Assembly: GCA_032718475.1 (NCBI GenBank)
Contig: JAUCBJ010007048.1
Coordinates: forward strand, 1-61,619
Source of the DNA: Nemertoderma westbladi
Lineage: Eukaryota; Animalia; Xenacoelomorpha
Length of the DNA: 61,619 nt
Reading direction: 5' to 3'
Below are positions 58,524 through 61,619 of the stretch, piece after piece. Under the pieces are notes generated by a model, which saw only the letters and a list, made by a program, of their open reading frames with translations, ran no database searches and was not told the origin of the DNA. Position numbers and translations under genes: made by a program. The first letter of the stretch is position 1; each line of letters opens with the position of its first letter.

Positions 58524-59183
58524 TTACCCCTCTAGAGGGACGCTAATAATTTCAGTGATTTTACGAATTTTCGAACTTGTACTCATATCGATAAAGTTAT
58601 CTCCGATCTGTACAATCATTCCTCCTATGAGACTCTCGTCCACCTTGGTATCCAATATAATTTGCTGCCCCGGCTTAATAAACAGCTGAAGCGTTGCTTC
58701 CAACTCCTTCTGATTAGCTGCGTCGAGATCCTTGGCGGTGGTAACAGTGCAACGTACTTCCCCCCTGACGGCACCCATTATCAGCTTGAACGCTGATATA
58801 TACTGAGCGACATCCTTTAATCGAGAGTTGTGAACTAAAACATCTAAGAAATTAGTCGTTATGGGTTCGAACGAGTGTTGGCTGCCAACCTTCTTAAGTT
58901 TTTCTAGCTTCTCCGTCTTTCCGGTTATCGGATTCCGAATAAAGTCTTTGAACTCGGAATCTTTGGTTAGTAAACTATTCAACGCCGTGAGGTCCTTTTC
59001 AACTGAGTCCAATTTGTTCACTTTAGCAGCGGCCGAGTAGAGCGCGTTGGCGTAGATACCAGTCTTCCCGTAAACCTTTATTGGTGGTTTATTGGGGTTT
59101 GTCTGAGTAGCAGCATTGGGGCGCAGAGACTTAATTGAAGTAGAAATGGTCCGAACCGGAAAAATAAGGTTTCGCATTGCCAT
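58524..59183 (-). CDS. ATP5PO: Mitochondrial ATP synthase subunit O (OSCP), intronless coding region
   Basis: 219 aa with an Arg/Ser/Thr-rich presequence-like N-terminus; PPIKVYGKTGIYANALYSAA, RGEVRCTVTTAKDL and KVDESLIGGMIVQIGDNFIDMS are OSCP family motifs. Confidence 0.95.
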   Translation of the reverse strand: MAMRNLIFPVRTISTSIKSLRPNAATQTNPNKPPIKVYGKTGIYANALYSAAAKVNKLDSVEKDLTALNSLLTKDSEFKDFIRNPITGKTEKLEKLKKVGSQHSFEPITTNFLDVLVHNSRLKDVAQYISAFKLIMGAVRGEVRCTVTTAKDLDAANQKELEATLQLFIKPGQQIILDTKVDESLIGGMIVQIGDNFIDMSTSSKIRKITEIISVPLEG

Positions 59184-59493
59184 TTTCTTTGTATGCTATT
59201 TCTTGACTGTCAGACTATGTATTACCGGTACTGTATTATTGATAGGCCTATCAGTTTCTCGCCCGTCCTGACGTCAGCGTTGAGCATCAGTTGTCGCTGT
59301 CGGTACTTCGCTACAGGATATGGCTTTATGGTTACCGGTACTGCGGTATGTAGGGCAGTACTCAAGTACAGCAGTATGGTTGCACTTATCAGCTTGTACA
59401 ATTGTTTGTAGGCTTGTACTGGTACTGCGGTAAATGAGAATGTTAGACCTGACTTGTAACCAAGGACTAACTGTAACAAGTACTAACAACACA

Positions 59494-61107
59494 GGGTATA
59501 ACTTTTGCGTAGAGGTATAGCCTACATAGAGGCTACATGTAGGTATGTGTAGCCTACATGTAGATGCACGTGTAGGGTGAATGTAGGTAGGTGTAGCGTG
59601 TAGGTAGGTCTTTAAAAACAACAATGATGAATGAATAGGCCTACACGGGGTACCCGGACTGGAACTTCCTCGATGAGATGCGAATGCGGCGAACGGGGGT
59701 GGTACCCGAAACAACCAGGAGGAGATGCGAATACGTCGAATGGGGGTCCCCTGAATACCCACGAGACGGAGCCTATCAATACTACAGTAATGACAAAGGA
59801 AAAAAACGACTGAACGATACCGATACATACTGTAGATCTTATGATCCTGCGGGTTCAGGCATGGAGGCTAATGACTTTGTATGGGCCGAACGGCCCGAAC
59901 CTGATGTTTCCAGTCAAGGAGGAATCGACTAGCGGTTAGGGTTAGAGCTCGTCGTGGATGTGTCCATGAGGGTCTGAGGATGAGTGGGTGATTCAACAAA
60001 ACGCTAACAATGATACGGGACTGACTGATTGAACCAGAGTGGCGATGGTAGTCGCTGATGTATATATATTATATATATTATATATATCATGTATTGATTG
60101 TTAGTAGATATTTTTTTATAATATTTGTTTATTAAATTGTCTTCAATGTCTATATTGATAATATTGTGTGCTGATTTTACTTATTTTCCATTTTATAAAT
60201 CTTGCTGTGGCCGTTTTAATCTACTATAAACTGCCGTATCAATTTCATGATATTTTAATGGATATGCAATTTAACTTCTTCTTTCTATTAACTTTCAATG
60301 CAATCAAATATAACTGTAAAGCTATTGACTTTCGTGTTATTGTTTTGCTGTTACATCGAGATGGGATTTGAATCCCATCGGATTACTGATTAATTCCCAT
60401 CATCGAGATGGGAATACTTTATTATAATGAAACAGTGTGGTGGTCCGCGGGATATTGGGAAGGGATGGGACTGCCTGAAAAATTAAAACAAACAAAACTT
60501 CCAGACTTCTATATTTTTACTTTCAAAACAAAATGTCCAAAACATTTCAATGCTGAAGTACTGTTCAAGTCCTATGGATGTATGGTTGATAAACAGATAA
60601 AGAGGGGCAGACTGGCAGAGGGGGGTCAGGGTTTCTGGTAGACTATAGTCCCCGCGATGATGGCTGTTTGTTTAGGTTACTCTTACTCAATAAACATATA
60701 AATCAGAACGAGTTAATCTAATGGAACGATGCCTTTCGTGGCGTTAGCATACTCAAATTTATTAGGGCCTAATATTTATGACGAGTAAGGGACTTTAATA
60801 TAATCAGAACGCGATGTTTGATATTTATACAGTACTGCAGTATGCAGTAAAACCTGTTGTCTGACAGGTGACAGCAGACAGGTCTGCAGGTTGATGTACC
60901 GTATTGTACCGTGGAGATCAGAGATTATTGCCATACATCCTGATTGACGACCGTGTATCACGTTACTGCAAGTTGACACATAAATTACATTAATATCTAT
61001 GGGACTACACCTACCTACATTCACCCTACACGTGCATCTACATGTAGGCTACACCTACCTTCATGTAGCCTCTATATAGGCTATACCTCTACGCAAAAGA
61101 TATACCC
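59494..61107. mobile_element. Non-autonomous Mutator-like TIR element (1614 bp)
   Basis: ~100-bp TIRs (59494-~59596 / ~61005-61107; GGGTATA...TATACCC); 9-bp TSD AACAACACA at 59485-59493 and 61108-61116. Confidence 0.9.
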
Positions 61108-61619
61108 AACAACACACTGTAGTCCTTGCATATAAAAGGAGTCATTCCAAACACCTTTTGTTGGACACAGCTTTGCAAAATCGGCAATGACGTCCATTCA
61201 CCCAAAATACCAATAATAAAACATACCGGGCGCATTTCTCTGTGTATGTGTAACCATGGCCTAATACGGCCTAACAGGCCACCTTGTACCTTGAGAAGCT
61301 TTAAAGCTTAAAATTTAAGGTCATTGTAGTTTATTAGATTTACATGAATTATAGCACGGAAAATCCTTTTTTGTTCGAACTGAAATTTTGTGACGAATCT
61401 AGAGGTGATACACATTTTTAAAAGATTTGTTATTTTTCGCAGTAGTGCACTTTTCAATAGATTATATTTTTTAATTATTTGTAATTATCTGTAAAATGTA
61501 TTTTTATATGTAGGCCTATGTTTTCTTTTAATTGTGTTAAACCAAATAAAGTGGCGTTTTTCAATTAACTACTACAGTAAACTAATAATTAATGTGATGA
61601 ACAGAAATACAATGACAAT

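Noticed and set aside
59274-59828. 184-aa minus-strand ORF upstream of OSCP
   Set aside because: It crosses a transposon boundary and TIR and has no domain signal; likely chance.

Overview
Repeat-dense eukaryotic (metazoan-like) genomic DNA with spliceosomal introns; no CRISPR or structural RNA genes were supported. (1) 1-24.3 kb is a nest of LTR retrotransposons. A decayed minus-strand Gypsy-like element hosts a solo LTR, an internally deleted LTR element, and an 18,672-bp BEL/Pao element with both LTRs and its TSD intact (5257-23928; 1176-bp LTRs; GAAAC TSD). Downstream of pol, this BEL element carries a large extra ORF (1227 codons open, about 1370 if two in-frame stops are read through). 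The ORF is not env-like: it contains a WRN/RNase D/EXD-type DEDDy 3'-5' exonuclease-like domain followed by three Cys/His knuckles. This is the best candidate for a little-described system here. (2) 26.7-29.4 kb is an RTE-like LINE remnant split by a foldback-like element. (3) 29.6-55.6 kb is a predicted 4-exon gene for a small secreted protein with three LDL-receptor class A modules. Its 24-kb second intron holds a 63-bp satellite, TE debris and a higher-order ~2-kb tandem array. (4) 58.5-61.1 kb has an intronless mitochondrial ATP synthase OSCP gene with a Mutator-like TIR element just upstream. All domain calls are by-eye motif recognition; no database searches were run.
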